This document shows positions 37,942 through 47,904 of a stretch of 64,000 nt of DNA, piece after piece; position 1 is the first letter of the stretch, and the number at the start of each line of letters is the position of its first letter. The DNA comes from a virus: the IMG/VR virus record IMGVR_UViG_3300047462_000120. One strand, written 5' to 3'. The notes beneath the pieces are model-generated. The model was not told where the DNA came from, searched no databases, and saw only the letters and a list, made by a program, of their open reading frames with translations. The translations under genes were made by a program, and so were the position numbers.

Positions 37942-38493
37942 TTAATCGCCGTGGTGAATAATTTCGATCTTTGAGAAGCGCACGCCGTTCATGGCATAGC
38001 GTTGCGCGATCCACACTGGTTCTGGCAAGTCATGCACACCTTCATTTTTTCCGGTGTGATGTTCCTTGCAGAGCGCACGGCCATTGACACGCATATCGTC
38101 AACAAACAGATAGGGATCGGCTGGCCGGTACCATTTGGTTGCGGGTACCTGCTCGCCGCTATCTGGATCAGACCATGCTGGAACATCCTGCCAAGTCGCC
38201 CCAACTGAAAAGGTTTCCCAGTCGAAGTCAGGAAAATCCTTTCTGATCAGTGCGTCGGGTGAAAAATCGACTTCTTCCGCAAAGCTGCGTTCAATCGGGA
38301 AGTGATGCGCTTCAATCGGATGTCCGGTCTGTGCTGCGGTACGCTGGCAAATCCAGCAGCGGCCATCGACGCGTTCCAACAATTGCAGGCGGGATTTTTT
38401 GAATAGGTTGGTCGTCACGCGCGGCGCATGGCCTGGAATGAACACGTCTACCTTGAACGTGTCGACTTCTTCATGTACGGTTTCTACGGTCAT
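37942..38493 (-). CDS. Cys/His-motif (HNH-like) protein in the lysis cassette
   Basis: RCWIC, IEAHHFP, LCKEHH..GVH; ATGA-coupled to the endolysin stop. Confidence 0.6.
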   Translation of the reverse strand: MTVETVHEEVDTFKVDVFIPGHAPRVTTNLFKKSRLQLLERVDGRCWICQRTAAQTGHPIEAHHFPIERSFAEEVDFSPDALIRKDFPDFDWETFSVGATWQDVPAWSDPDSGEQVPATKWYRPADPYLFVDDMRVNGRALCKEHHTGKNEGVHDLPEPVWIAQRYAMNGVRFSKIEIIHHGD

Positions 38494-38969
38494 TTCGTTA
38501 CCTCTGTTGTTACGGGGCGCACACACCAGTCGCGCTCGAACCGGCGGCGGGCAAGCAAACCTGCTACCGGCTTGCCGTCCACGTTGTCCCAGGCGAGCAA
38601 GCCATTGCATGCGCCGACGTAATCGCCTGCATTGAGTTTCTTCAGCAAGGAAGATTTACAAAACGCTTCGCTGCCGACGTTGTAAGCAAACAGCGTGAAA
38701 GCGTCGTATTGGTTTTCATTGAGCGGGACGGTCGTGCATTGCAAGACTTCCTCACCCTTCGATTTGAGTTGTGTCGTCAGCAGCGCTTTGCACTCTGCCG
38801 GGGTGTAAGTCTTGCCCGGTACGACATCTTTCCCGGCATAGCCTTCACAAACCGTCCACACATCGCCGACATCGCGATAGGGAACGTAGCGCGTACCTTC
38901 CCATCGCGATGTCGCGGCGATCAGAGCCGCGCTGACGACGCCAATCAGCCACTTGTTTTTAAAGTTCAT
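38490..38969 (-). CDS. SAR-type endolysin (GH24 lysozyme)
   Basis: N-terminal SAR helix; E-8aa-D-5aa-T triad (WEGTRYVPYRDVGDVWT); FAYNVG; GLLARRRFE. Confidence 0.95.
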   Translation of the reverse strand: MNFKNKWLIGVVSAALIAATSRWEGTRYVPYRDVGDVWTVCEGYAGKDVVPGKTYTPAECKALLTTQLKSKGEEVLQCTTVPLNENQYDAFTLFAYNVGSEAFCKSSLLKKLNAGDYVGACNGLLAWDNVDGKPVAGLLARRRFERDWCVRPVTTEVTK

Positions 38970-39207
38970 AGTCGTCGTCTTCCCTGTCTTCCCTGTCTTC
39001 CCTGTCTTCCTTGTTGATCTTGTAGCCCTTGTATTCGCGATACCAGTGCCAGCACTTGTACGAAATCAAGACCGTCAGGTAGATCAGCGTCGCCAGTTGC
39101 ACCAATGCGGGAACCTCGATACCGGCGATGGTTGCGCCGGATACTGCGACAGGCGGGGTCGCTTTCAGCGCCATATCTGAAACCGTTTCTTTTACATCCA
39201 TAGTCAT
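38959..39207 (-). CDS. Holin-like membrane protein (possible M-T-M dual start)
   Basis: 82 aa, hydrophobic segments, charged tail, directly upstream of the endolysin. Confidence 0.75.
   Translation of the reverse strand: MTMDVKETVSDMALKATPPVAVSGATIAGIEVPALVQLATLIYLTVLISYKCWHWYREYKGYKINKEDREDREDREDDDYEL
38977..39011. repeat. 9-bp tandem repeat (GTCTTCCCT, about 3.9 copies) encoding EDR repeats in the holin tail
   Basis: Read directly from the sequence. Confidence 0.95.
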
Positions 39208-39235
39208 CTTTAGCTAGTTGAAAAAATTGAAGACG

Positions 39236-39259
39236 AAAAAAAACCGCCCGAAGGCGGTT
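39236..39259 (-). terminator. Intrinsic terminator between tail genes and lysis cassette
   Basis: AACCGCC-cgaa-GGCGGTT stem with an A8 run on the left (U-tract on the minus strand). Confidence 0.8.
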
Positions 39260-39277
39260 ATGTGAAGTTGATGCTGA

Positions 39278-39619
39278 TCAGGGATTGCGAATGTAGCCTT
39301 CAAGTACCGGCGAATTCTTGCAGTGATCCGTTTGTATCCAATCCAGCAATCGACATAGCAGGCATCCCCACTGTCGGCCTTCCTGCATCGCGCGGTAAGC
39401 ACGCGTACTGATGTAATCGCCAATCTGCCCGTTGGTGACGATGTTGCCCAACAGGTCGTAACCGCAAGCTAGGTCAAACGCCTTTTGCGGAGCGAATATC
39501 AAGGCCCACAAAGCACGCGGAATTGCCAGGATCACCGTCAACTGGCAGAGGATCAGAATCAGTAAAATGCCGAAGCGTTTCAAAATCGAATTTGCTACTT
39601 GTTTCATGAGATTGTCCAT
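39278..39619 (-). CDS. Phage hypothetical membrane protein
   Basis: 113 aa with a TM helix; ISTRAYRA...W..LLCRLLD...DHC motif. Confidence 0.7.
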   Translation of the reverse strand: MDNLMKQVANSILKRFGILLILILCQLTVILAIPRALWALIFAPQKAFDLACGYDLLGNIVTNGQIGDYISTRAYRAMQEGRQWGCLLCRLLDWIQTDHCKNSPVLEGYIRNP

Positions 39620-40113
39620 CCTTGCGTAATGTCGAAAGCACCGATTGTTTGCGGCGTCAACGCGTCTATCTCATCGAGAATTTTCCATTTCGCGCGATAG
39701 GTCGCGCTGATGAAATTACCGACCGCCAAGCCAAGCGCCTGCATTTGCGCTGGCGTCATTGCATGCGTAACATCTTGCGCATCGCGGAAGCTTTGCACAG
39801 GACTTGTCACGCCTTGCCCCGCCAGGATCAATGCTTCCGTAGCTAATCCGTTGATATTGATACGGTCGCTGTATCCAGGTGGGTCTCTTGTCTGGATCGT
39901 TCCTACCACGGCGGTAATGGCAGGAGAGATGACCGTCACACCATCGTCTGCCAGTGTTGCCGGAATCTCCGGTGAGAACGTGTAGGGAAAACCGGCATAT
40001 TGCATGATCAGTCTTTGCGCTTCCAGCGCATCGCGCAATGCCTGCTGCTGCTGTGTAAAGGTCGTCACAGATTGCGCTTGATCTGCGGGAGACAGGAAAA
40101 TGATATTGTCCAA
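39604..40113 (-). CDS. DUF4376-like tail-fibre chaperone
   Basis: FRDAQDVTHAMTPAQMQALGLAV...YRAKW pattern, downstream of a fibre gene. Confidence 0.7.
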   Translation of the reverse strand: MDNIIFLSPADQAQSVTTFTQQQQALRDALEAQRLIMQYAGFPYTFSPEIPATLADDGVTVISPAITAVVGTIQTRDPPGYSDRININGLATEALILAGQGVTSPVQSFRDAQDVTHAMTPAQMQALGLAVGNFISATYRAKWKILDEIDALTPQTIGAFDITQGWTIS

Positions 40114-40114
40114 G

Positions 40115-42730
40115 TTATCGTGCCCTCAAATAGTTACTTGCCGGGCCAGCCGGAACGAACACCGAAGGAATTGGTGCGGCTGGATTGACTGTCGTGAGTG
40201 AATTTGTCGTTGTGTACACGTTGGGTAGCCCCGCTGGTGTAGCGTCGCCCGACACTTGCAGGTAATCAGGCGCGATGGAAAACGAAGCAAGACTATTCGG
40301 TGTCAGCATCAACGAATTGCGCGCCGTGTTCGAGATGGCTGCGGTATCGCCAAGTAGAAATGAACCGTTATATCCAAATACACGACGCAAATTGTTTGTT
40401 ACCGTCGCAGTCAGACTGATATTCGTGACTGGAAAGGCATTCACAACCAGAGTCGGGCCATCGGTTGTACTCATCTTCCAAACATTCAATACGGTCGATG
40501 CTGTACTGTTGCTGATATACGCGTACACCAAGTAGGACACGCCCATCGATACCACTTCCCACATTGCGTAGCCTGATGGAGTACCCTGCATGCCGCTTGT
40601 TCCGCTGGAAATCAGCGGTATGGCTGTTCCGCCGAAATAGACATAGAGAGAGTTGGCGATGTTGTTATTCGCTACCGTCTGTATGACGTAGACGATTCCC
40701 CCAGAACTCAGGACATCCAGTCCCGACACCGAAGCAGTCTGGTTCGCCGTTCCGGTCGCATACGTCGCGATGTTCGTCAGAGAATTGGTTGCGATACTGG
40801 GAATCGTACCAATCGCAACTTGAGGTTGCGCGCTAGTGGTGGAACCGCTGATGACCCAAGCAGGACTCGCCAGCACGTAAGCATTTAATAGTCCACTCCA
40901 TTTTGGCGTACAAACATTGCCGCTTGGTTGCCCCGGTAACGTGTAACCCTGCACTGTGGTGCTGCTGGTGGATATACCGCTGGTCGTTCCATATGCGCTA
41001 CCAATGATGCCGTTGGTGATCGATCCACCGTTGTACGAAAATACAGGTAAATTCGACACCTGCTGCAAATAGTTGCCGGAAGAGTTCTGCATCGCCACCC
41101 AATACAATCCTGCACCCGCTGCGATCAACATCGGAGACGACAAGATATATTGCGTAGCGGTTTGTGCCGCAATGCCGATGTATTGCGACACAGGTACAGC
41201 AGGACAAGATAGCGTCGTCAGCGCGGCATTGAGCTTGAACAGGAAAAACGTGTAGTCGTAAATCGACGCGCCGCTATAGGTCAACACTCCCGCACCCGCA
41301 TAGTAGGCTCCGTTCCAGTTGGCGACACCAGACCATGACATCCATTGCGCTGAAGTGTTCCCAATTTGCGATACGGGGAACCATAAATTGATGGCAATAC
41401 CCGTACTGCAAGTCGCCCCGGTAGCTACCGCCACCATCGCATTGGTTCGCTGATAGCCGTAATTCGGATCACTCGCGCCTGAATAGGCCACCACCAACGT
41501 ATTGTTAAGCCACATCGCTTTCGCGCCCTGGTAGTAAGACGTATCACCTGCGCCACCCATCAAGGCCATTTGGTTGTAGCTGATGATCGTCGGACTGATG
41601 GTATTGTATGAAGCACCGGAAAAAAAATAGACACCCGATTGCGCTATCGCATAAACCGGCCCGACCCATGTACCCGTATCAACGAAATTGATGTTGGCGT
41701 TCGATGCTCCCGCCGCCAAGTATCCCGTGTTATAAGTCGTCCAAGTCGCGGTAGCCAGTGTCGTCGTGCTGCTGACGGCGACATAGGTATAGTTCGATGT
41801 CGTCACCGCAATGTAGTAAAGACCTGTACGCGCAGAATAATAAATATTCGCAAGCCCGGAAACAGTCTGGCCGGATATGGCAATTGCCGTCGTCACGACG
41901 CTAAACGATGCACCGTTATTGGTACTCTTGAGCAGAATATTGTTGGCGCAAACAACGAGAATTTCCGTGTTTGCTCCCGCTCCACCGCCCTGGACGATAT
42001 TGAATGCCGGGGTACCAGCCGAAGTATTCTCCAATACGACTGTCCACGCCGATAGATTTGTCGATGAAGAAATGCGATAACCGCTGCCAGTGGTGCTTCC
42101 CCCAATCGCGTACCAAATACCATTGATTTGTGTCAGCCGGATGTACCCATTTGGCATACTCAATGCCGGGAGACTGTAGAACGTGGGATTTGCCAGGGTC
42201 GCTAGATTCGTCGTCGAGAAAATCGAACCATTGGCTTCAAGGAAATACCAAGTACCATTCAACGAATTGTAGAACACATCGACTATCAGCATGCCCGCCA
42301 GCGGTGTAACCGGTACAAAGGGCGTGTAGTTCTGCAAATCGCTTGAACTGATCCAGCCTATCGTATTGGACGTGTCATTCGGACTAAATAAGTAATAGGT
42401 ATTGCCGACATAGAATCCCTTGGTCGATAGCTGCCCAGCAGAAGATATCAAGCCTGCGAAGAAACCTGACGCTGGCACGTTAGCCGCCATCTGGAAACCG
42501 GCAAGACTGACCTGCGTGGTCGGCAACATGACATCGTTGGTCGCACCCAAAGCAGCAGGTAGCAAAGGGTCACAACTGGATTGCGGAATCAACGAGGGAT
42601 TCGTCGTGTTCACATACAATTCATTGGCCGAAGTCACGTATTGATTGGTTCCGGCGCTAGCAAGCGCTGGCATCGGTACGGACATGCCCGGTGGAATACC
42701 GGAACTCCCGAAAAATTTATTGATATTCAT
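40115..42730 (-). CDS. Tail fibre/receptor-binding protein, beta-propeller-like
   Basis: S/T/N/G-rich; BNR-like repeats (SSDLQNY, SSTNLSAW, KSTNNGASF); ATGA coupling. Confidence 0.7.
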   Translation of the reverse strand: MNINKFFGSSGIPPGMSVPMPALASAGTNQYVTSANELYVNTTNPSLIPQSSCDPLLPAALGATNDVMLPTTQVSLAGFQMAANVPASGFFAGLISSAGQLSTKGFYVGNTYYLFSPNDTSNTIGWISSSDLQNYTPFVPVTPLAGMLIVDVFYNSLNGTWYFLEANGSIFSTTNLATLANPTFYSLPALSMPNGYIRLTQINGIWYAIGGSTTGSGYRISSSTNLSAWTVVLENTSAGTPAFNIVQGGGAGANTEILVVCANNILLKSTNNGASFSVVTTAIAISGQTVSGLANIYYSARTGLYYIAVTTSNYTYVAVSSTTTLATATWTTYNTGYLAAGASNANINFVDTGTWVGPVYAIAQSGVYFFSGASYNTISPTIISYNQMALMGGAGDTSYYQGAKAMWLNNTLVVAYSGASDPNYGYQRTNAMVAVATGATCSTGIAINLWFPVSQIGNTSAQWMSWSGVANWNGAYYAGAGVLTYSGASIYDYTFFLFKLNAALTTLSCPAVPVSQYIGIAAQTATQYILSSPMLIAAGAGLYWVAMQNSSGNYLQQVSNLPVFSYNGGSITNGIIGSAYGTTSGISTSSTTVQGYTLPGQPSGNVCTPKWSGLLNAYVLASPAWVISGSTTSAQPQVAIGTIPSIATNSLTNIATYATGTANQTASVSGLDVLSSGGIVYVIQTVANNNIANSLYVYFGGTAIPLISSGTSGMQGTPSGYAMWEVVSMGVSYLVYAYISNSTASTVLNVWKMSTTDGPTLVVNAFPVTNISLTATVTNNLRRVFGYNGSFLLGDTAAISNTARNSLMLTPNSLASFSIAPDYLQVSGDATPAGLPNVYTTTNSLTTVNPAAPIPSVFVPAGPASNYLRAR

Positions 42731-43788
42731 GCTGTGATACACCACCCTTGAAGCGCACCGAAGTAAGTCAGTTTTATGGTCAGATAATTCGTGGAAACCG
42801 TGATCGCTACTGGGTTAAGCCACATGAAATTCCTGCCATTGAGCGCAAGCGTCAGATTATTTTTTGCAAATGTCCCCTTCGTATTGCAGAAGGCAACGGT
42901 TTGATTGATTGCCGGATTTGCCGGAAGAGTCAGCGAGAACGCCGCGCCCGTGGTATCGCAGTCGTATGCGCCACTCGCGACGGCGTTGGTCGCGCTGTTG
43001 ATTGGCGTCCAGATGATCTTGTTGGCAGTGATCGCCGCTTGCACGAAAGCCGCGCTGACGCCATCGCTCACGACATACCAACTGCCGCCGCTGGCTGCGA
43101 TCATCAGGTTTTCACCTGCGGCTACGGTCAGCGTATTGCTTGCGACACCCGTTGCGTTAATGATCGTTTCTACCGCGTTCGCCTGGATGACCCCGCCGAC
43201 AGAACCACCAAGGAAAGTCATCGTCGCACCATTCGGCGCGGATGCAATCGCTGGCATCGTTGCGACATTACCGCCCACGCCTTGAAACTCACCCCATCCA
43301 TTCAATTCAGCGAGTGTGATCACCGTCGATGCACCGATGCCAATCCCCGCGCCGGGGAACTGCAAGCCCGACTGCTTGACGAACGCGGTATTGGCAACCA
43401 GCAGCGAGTTATCGAACTGCGCGGGAGAAGCCGATAGCGTAGGCGTCGTCAATACTGCCGAGTTCTTAGGGGCCAGCGATCCGGCTGTACCTGCCGTATA
43501 GCGCAGTTCAATGAAGTCGCCATTGTTGTACGCCAGCGGCGCGGTGTTTTCGAGACCACGCGCACCCACTGTCAGCACGTCGCCCGTGCGTCCGATACAA
43601 CTCGCCACCTCCCAGTTGGCCTCGAATCCGTTCACATGCTGGAACATCGTGAACAGAAAGAAGTCGCCATTCGACGGCGATGGAAATTTCGCGCCGTCGC
43701 CAGCGTTCAGCGTAATCGACATCGTGTTGACTGCAATTGCGCCGTTCAATGTCGATGTGGCGTTATTTGCGAAAAGTTGCGCCATCAA
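42727..43788 (-). CDS. Tail fibre proximal protein
   Basis: LFANNATSTL...GDVLTVGARGLENT anchor region; ANTAFV motif; YDCDTTGAAFSLTLPANP. Confidence 0.75.
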   Translation of the reverse strand: MMAQLFANNATSTLNGAIAVNTMSITLNAGDGAKFPSPSNGDFFLFTMFQHVNGFEANWEVASCIGRTGDVLTVGARGLENTAPLAYNNGDFIELRYTAGTAGSLAPKNSAVLTTPTLSASPAQFDNSLLVANTAFVKQSGLQFPGAGIGIGASTVITLAELNGWGEFQGVGGNVATMPAIASAPNGATMTFLGGSVGGVIQANAVETIINATGVASNTLTVAAGENLMIAASGGSWYVVSDGVSAAFVQAAITANKIIWTPINSATNAVASGAYDCDTTGAAFSLTLPANPAINQTVAFCNTKGTFAKNNLTLALNGRNFMWLNPVAITVSTNYLTIKLTYFGALQGWCITA

Positions 43789-44066
43789 TACACTTTCATT
43801 TTGATGTAAAACGAATCCTGAACGATGCGGCCATCGTTAGTGGTTGCTATCACGACGACCTCATACTTTTTCCCAACGACGCCACCTGTGATCCAGACCT
43901 TGACGATGGTGTTGACGCAAAGAGTCGATTGAACAATCAGCGCCGGATCGCTGACCGTGGTAACGGCACTCGCAATAAAGTCGTCGCCCTCCAGGTCTTG
44001 CGAATAATCAATCGAGTAGCTTTCTTTCTCCGCTGGCTGCTTGATGAAGGTACCCAACACGCTCAC
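43785..44066 (-). CDS. Phage fibre-tail adaptor-like protein
   Basis: FIKQPAEKESYSIDY...VKVWITGG..G..Y...TNDGR motif. Confidence 0.7.
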   Translation of the reverse strand: MSVLGTFIKQPAEKESYSIDYSQDLEGDDFIASAVTTVSDPALIVQSTLCVNTIVKVWITGGVVGKKYEVVVIATTNDGRIVQDSFYIKMKVY

Positions 44067-44067
44067 G

Positions 44068-45195
44068 TTATGCCTCCTTTTGCATGATGCGATTGACGAA
44101 CGGGCGCTGCATGACCCGGTCTATGAATGGCCGGATCATGGTTCGCTCAGGTGGATCGAGCGAATCGGCATTGACCAAGGGATTGGCAAGCAACGTTGTC
44201 GATGACGCGAACGTGCCGCCACCTTGTTGAAGCAATCCGGCGAATGCGGTCAGCGTGCCTACGGCATTTGCTGTCCAGTTGCCGGTCTTTTCATTTACTC
44301 CGGTCGCTGAAACCGTAACCGTAGACTGAAATGACACGCTGGCTTGAACGCCGAGGTTGTAGGTAGCCGTTAGCATACCCATCCCGTTCATGGCGTTCAC
44401 CGTTCCTTGCGTCAGTACGTTCTGTGCTGCGGTAAAGGTCAGCGCGCCAGCCATCAGGATAGGTGTCGGATTCTGCGTTACCTGACCCAGTGCGGTAAGC
44501 GATCCAGTGCAAATGATCCAGCCTGCATCGGCTGCGCCTGTCGCAGATAACGTCCCGATACCGGCAAGCTGCGCCGCGCCGCCCTGGATAAGCGCGTCGA
44601 TGGCAACGCATGCCGAGGATGCCGATGGATTGGCGAAACAAAACGCAGTGCGCAACGCCGATGCAGACAGATTGCCGCCGATGGGAACGACATTCACGTA
44701 ACCATCACGGTAGGTATAGCTTGATCCGTTTGGCGTCGTACTGGCATCCGCTGACATAGCGCCGTTCGACACGAACGATGCAGCGGTACCGGCAATGTAA
44801 AGTGGTACCGCCGTCGTGCCGACACTATTTCCAACGAACGCGGCGCTACCGTTCTGGATATCGGTACCTGTCGCCTGGAACGATCCGGTTGCGGGAAAAT
44901 AGGATTCGGTATTGGTCGCGGCAAGCGTGCCGCTTGTACCGAAACTTGCCGTCGATGTGTACAGTAAGCCTGGCTTCGCCTGAATCGTGCCGCTTGCATC
45001 GGCATACGCGCCACCCATAGCAAAATAGGTGAAGGTAGAAACCAGCGCGCCATTCGCGACAAACTGAGGCGCATCGGTAACGATGCGGGTGCCGGTAGCA
45101 GCTACGCTACCGCTTGCGACAATCAGTGCCGCGCCCGCGACGACCGCTCTGACGCTGCCGTTTAGCGCGGCACGATTGAGACTAAAGCCGTCCAT
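44068..45195 (-). CDS. Phage structural protein (A/G/T-rich)
   Basis: 375 aa in the tail module. Confidence 0.65.
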   Translation of the reverse strand: MDGFSLNRAALNGSVRAVVAGAALIVASGSVAATGTRIVTDAPQFVANGALVSTFTYFAMGGAYADASGTIQAKPGLLYTSTASFGTSGTLAATNTESYFPATGSFQATGTDIQNGSAAFVGNSVGTTAVPLYIAGTAASFVSNGAMSADASTTPNGSSYTYRDGYVNVVPIGGNLSASALRTAFCFANPSASSACVAIDALIQGGAAQLAGIGTLSATGAADAGWIICTGSLTALGQVTQNPTPILMAGALTFTAAQNVLTQGTVNAMNGMGMLTATYNLGVQASVSFQSTVTVSATGVNEKTGNWTANAVGTLTAFAGLLQQGGGTFASSTTLLANPLVNADSLDPPERTMIRPFIDRVMQRPFVNRIMQKEA

Positions 45196-45201
45196 CTGCG
45201 A

Positions 45202-45612
45202 TTAGTCCATCGAGGCGACGAGGGTGCCGGGTGCGAACGACAACACGTCACCGATTTGCAGCGTCTTCGGTGAAGTCATGGGCGCAGAAAACAGCATGTT
45301 GCCTGCCGCACTATTGTCGTAGATCGCAACGAAAGTAATCGTGATCGCGGAACCCGTTACGGCTGGAAAAGTCACTGCCGCGACATTGGAGCATTGGCTC
45401 CCCGTGCCGGATGGCGATGGAGCGGTGAATGTTCCAGTCGGCATGCGCTGGTACCATGTACCGCCGCCGACTTCGTTTTGACTTCCCGCTTGCGTCGGGT
45501 CGGCTGTGCAGAGCGCCAGACGCAATGCGCTCACCGTCGGTGCAGTAAAATTTGTGCCGCGCAAAAGCGCATTCAGCAGATTGGTCTGCGAATAAGTGGA
45601 AAGACCTGCCAT
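45202..45612 (-). CDS. Phage tail protein
   Basis: LRLALCTADP, NVAAVTFP, IYDNSAAGNML, GDVLSFAPG motifs. Confidence 0.75.
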   Translation of the reverse strand: MAGLSTYSQTNLLNALLRGTNFTAPTVSALRLALCTADPTQAGSQNEVGGGTWYQRMPTGTFTAPSPSGTGSQCSNVAAVTFPAVTGSAITITFVAIYDNSAAGNMLFSAPMTSPKTLQIGDVLSFAPGTLVASMD

Positions 45613-45623
45613 TTATTTTCCTG

Positions 45624-46238
45624 TTAAGTTTGTTTCTCTACTGCGGCCTTGCCCGCGAGCGATTCGGTAAAGGACGTGAGATACCCCTGTGCGACTTCGG
45701 CGTTAGCCGCGTACTCGCTGTCTTTGCTGAAGGCGCGGTAGAGGATGTAATCGACCAGTGCGCCGATGTAGGTGTCGGGAATCAGGAGCGCATCGTTGAG
45801 TCCGATGTCGGCGGGAATGGCGTAGTAGCTCATCTCCACACTGCCCATGCCGGTAGCCGGTTGCGGCGGGAACACGTAGAAAGCCAACGGTTCCATGTCC
45901 GTGTACATCGTGTGTTGCACCGTAGACTTGGCCTGTGCCGCGTACCAATTCGGTATGTGTGCATCCATCAGGTCACGGCTTACCGGCCTTATCGCCGCGC
46001 CGTTGACATTGCGTGCGATGGCACGGAGTTCCCTTGCATCCGCTGGCATCGATTGACGTGGGCCAGGGGCCAACATCGGCGTTGCGAATTTCACATAGAT
46101 GTTGGGCTTGATGCTTGCCGCTTCACGCTGACCGTCGCAGAGATAAATCAATAGCTCGGTAGCAGGCCAGCGAATGCCGGTGACATCAAGCAGCAGGGTA
46201 GACGCGCGACTGATTACGGCGTTAGCGATTGCGGCCAT
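45624..46238 (-). CDS. Head-tail adaptor-like protein (DUF6682-like)
   Basis: RWPATELLIYL, FYVFPP, LVDYILYRAFSKDSEY. Confidence 0.75.
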   Translation of the reverse strand: MAAIANAVISRASTLLLDVTGIRWPATELLIYLCDGQREAASIKPNIYVKFATPMLAPGPRQSMPADARELRAIARNVNGAAIRPVSRDLMDAHIPNWYAAQAKSTVQHTMYTDMEPLAFYVFPPQPATGMGSVEMSYYAIPADIGLNDALLIPDTYIGALVDYILYRAFSKDSEYAANAEVAQGYLTSFTESLAGKAAVEKQT

Positions 46239-46888
46239 TACATGAACCTCCTTGGCCTGACATATGAAGCAGCGCGACCGAACGACTTTTCAGCGCGGAT
46301 GCGCGCCCGTGTACGCTCCGATTCATAGGTGCTTTGATGCAGGCTCCACGCAGCACTGGTGAACGGTTGTCCGGGCAAGCGCATCAATCTCGACACTGCT
46401 CCTTGACCGATGGCGTCCGCATACTCGAAAAGGATGTCGTCAACCGTCGTCGCCGTTCGGGTCGGCTTCGTCGCCACTTTCATCGTGATCGCTGCCGGTG
46501 ACGTGAAGGCGGGCGCAACATCGAAAAGAAACGTGTTGTTTGGGGTGAGTTGCACCGCACAGGGAACACCGCCTACAACATTTGCGCCTGCGAATAGCTG
46601 ATTGAATGCGTCCGGTCTGCTGACGACATCGCCGGATTTGAACTGGCTCAATGCGCGGGCATTGAACCAAGCTTCCAGAATTTGATGCGTCACCGTGCCG
46701 TTCGGTGTGTCGAGATCGTTTTCGATCACACCCTGGACGGCGTCCATCGGATCGAGCGCTAATTGCACGACGCTGGAACGCATGCAAAAATCGATGCATA
46801 CGTCGCGCACCATCTGCTCCATGAGCGGGCCTGGACAGCCGGGTACGTACATCAGCACATAGGGCGCGAAGTCGCTGAGTTGTGCCAT
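46238..46888 (-). CDS. Phage adaptor/tail-tube-like protein
   Basis: PYVLMYVPGCP...DFC; IGQGAVSRLMRLPGQPF; coupled to its neighbour. Confidence 0.7.
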   Translation of the reverse strand: MAQLSDFAPYVLMYVPGCPGPLMEQMVRDVCIDFCMRSSVVQLALDPMDAVQGVIENDLDTPNGTVTHQILEAWFNARALSQFKSGDVVSRPDAFNQLFAGANVVGGVPCAVQLTPNNTFLFDVAPAFTSPAAITMKVATKPTRTATTVDDILFEYADAIGQGAVSRLMRLPGQPFTSAAWSLHQSTYESERTRARIRAEKSFGRAASYVRPRRFM

Positions 46889-46894
46889 GAGCGA

Positions 46895-47254
46895 TCACGT
46901 TTGCGCCTTCAAGAATTCGTGGACGGTGTAGTTGAAGCGCTTGACTTCGCGAGCCTTGGTCGTGCCGTCCCGCGCACCTTCGTACACGGTGTAGACGGCG
47001 TTATCCAATGCGTGCTTAAGTTCTTCGGCAATTTCCACCTTGATACCGCGTGGAATCAACACGTTCGCGCCATTGACTTGAACGAAAACAGGTTGACTAC
47101 CCACTTCACCTTCGCCCTGATGGATGGTAAGACTGACCTTATTACCGCTAAAGTTGTCGCCGTGATCGGTGATCGTGACCTTTTGCGATTCGACTTCGTT
47201 CTCACCCACGACCGGATCGTCGATGCTCGTGACTTTGGAATTTGCTTTACTCAT
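46895..47254 (-). CDS. Phage hypothetical protein
   Basis: VFVQVNG...IPRG..V motif common in head modules. Confidence 0.7.
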   Translation of the reverse strand: MSKANSKVTSIDDPVVGENEVESQKVTITDHGDNFSGNKVSLTIHQGEGEVGSQPVFVQVNGANVLIPRGIKVEIAEELKHALDNAVYTVYEGARDGTTKAREVKRFNYTVHEFLKAQT

Positions 47255-47277
47255 ACTGGGTGTGCTTTAGAAATGAC

Positions 47278-47303
47278 AAAGGCCCGCATCAACGGGCCTT
47301 TTT
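47278..47303. terminator. Hairpin terminator downstream of the head genes
   Basis: AAA-GGCCCG-catcaa-CGGGCC-TTTTT. Confidence 0.7.
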
Positions 47304-47356
47304 GTGGATTCAATAGGAAAAGCCGGGATGTCCCGGCAAATGGATTTACGACCGAA

Positions 47357-47827
47357 TTAGAACGGCACGGTTGGCAAGACGCTCAAGTCCACATAGGTGA
47401 TCGCCATGCCTGCCGAATCCAGCGGGGTCGTATTGGCGACGAATGGAATCGTGTTGGTGACGACCTTGATTGCGCCGATAGGACAGATACCCGGAGGAAC
47501 ATCCGGCATCACGGGAACGGTCGTCGAAATGCCTAGTTGGATAAAAGTTTCCTCGCCACCTTGAAACGTGAAGACGTTGCCGTTGACATCCAGACCGACA
47601 ACGTAATACTGCGTGATGCCAACTGCTTGCGGCGGGTGCGTCGAAAACGCCTGCGCAGCCAACGCGGGCTTCGATTTGAAGATGCCATCAATGGTGTATT
47701 GATAAGCGGATGCCGACTTGAATCCGGTTGCACCCGCTGCGTTGATCGCCAAACCGCCAGCGGAGAAATTCTTGTTAGCCAGCAGGTCATGCAAAGTTTG
47801 TTCGGTAATGTTGCGCAATGCGCCCAT
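47357..47827 (-). CDS. Putative capsid decoration/minor head protein
   Basis: 156 aa directly after the capsid gene; P.VP.G.CPIGAIKV motif. Confidence 0.6.
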   Translation of the reverse strand: MGALRNITEQTLHDLLANKNFSAGGLAINAAGATGFKSASAYQYTIDGIFKSKPALAAQAFSTHPPQAVGITQYYVVGLDVNGNVFTFQGGEETFIQLGISTTVPVMPDVPPGICPIGAIKVVTNTIPFVANTTPLDSAGMAITYVDLSVLPTVPF

Positions 47828-47904
47828 GCGTATTTCCTTGTTATTCGGTAGGGTTGAGGCAGCCTGGAAATAGCCAGGCCGGTTTGAGGTAGCGATGCGG
47901 GGGA

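Noticed and set aside
33676-45612. Possible diversity-generating retroelement, as in BPP-1-like podoviruses
   Set aside because: No reverse transcriptase and no template/variable repeat pair was seen.
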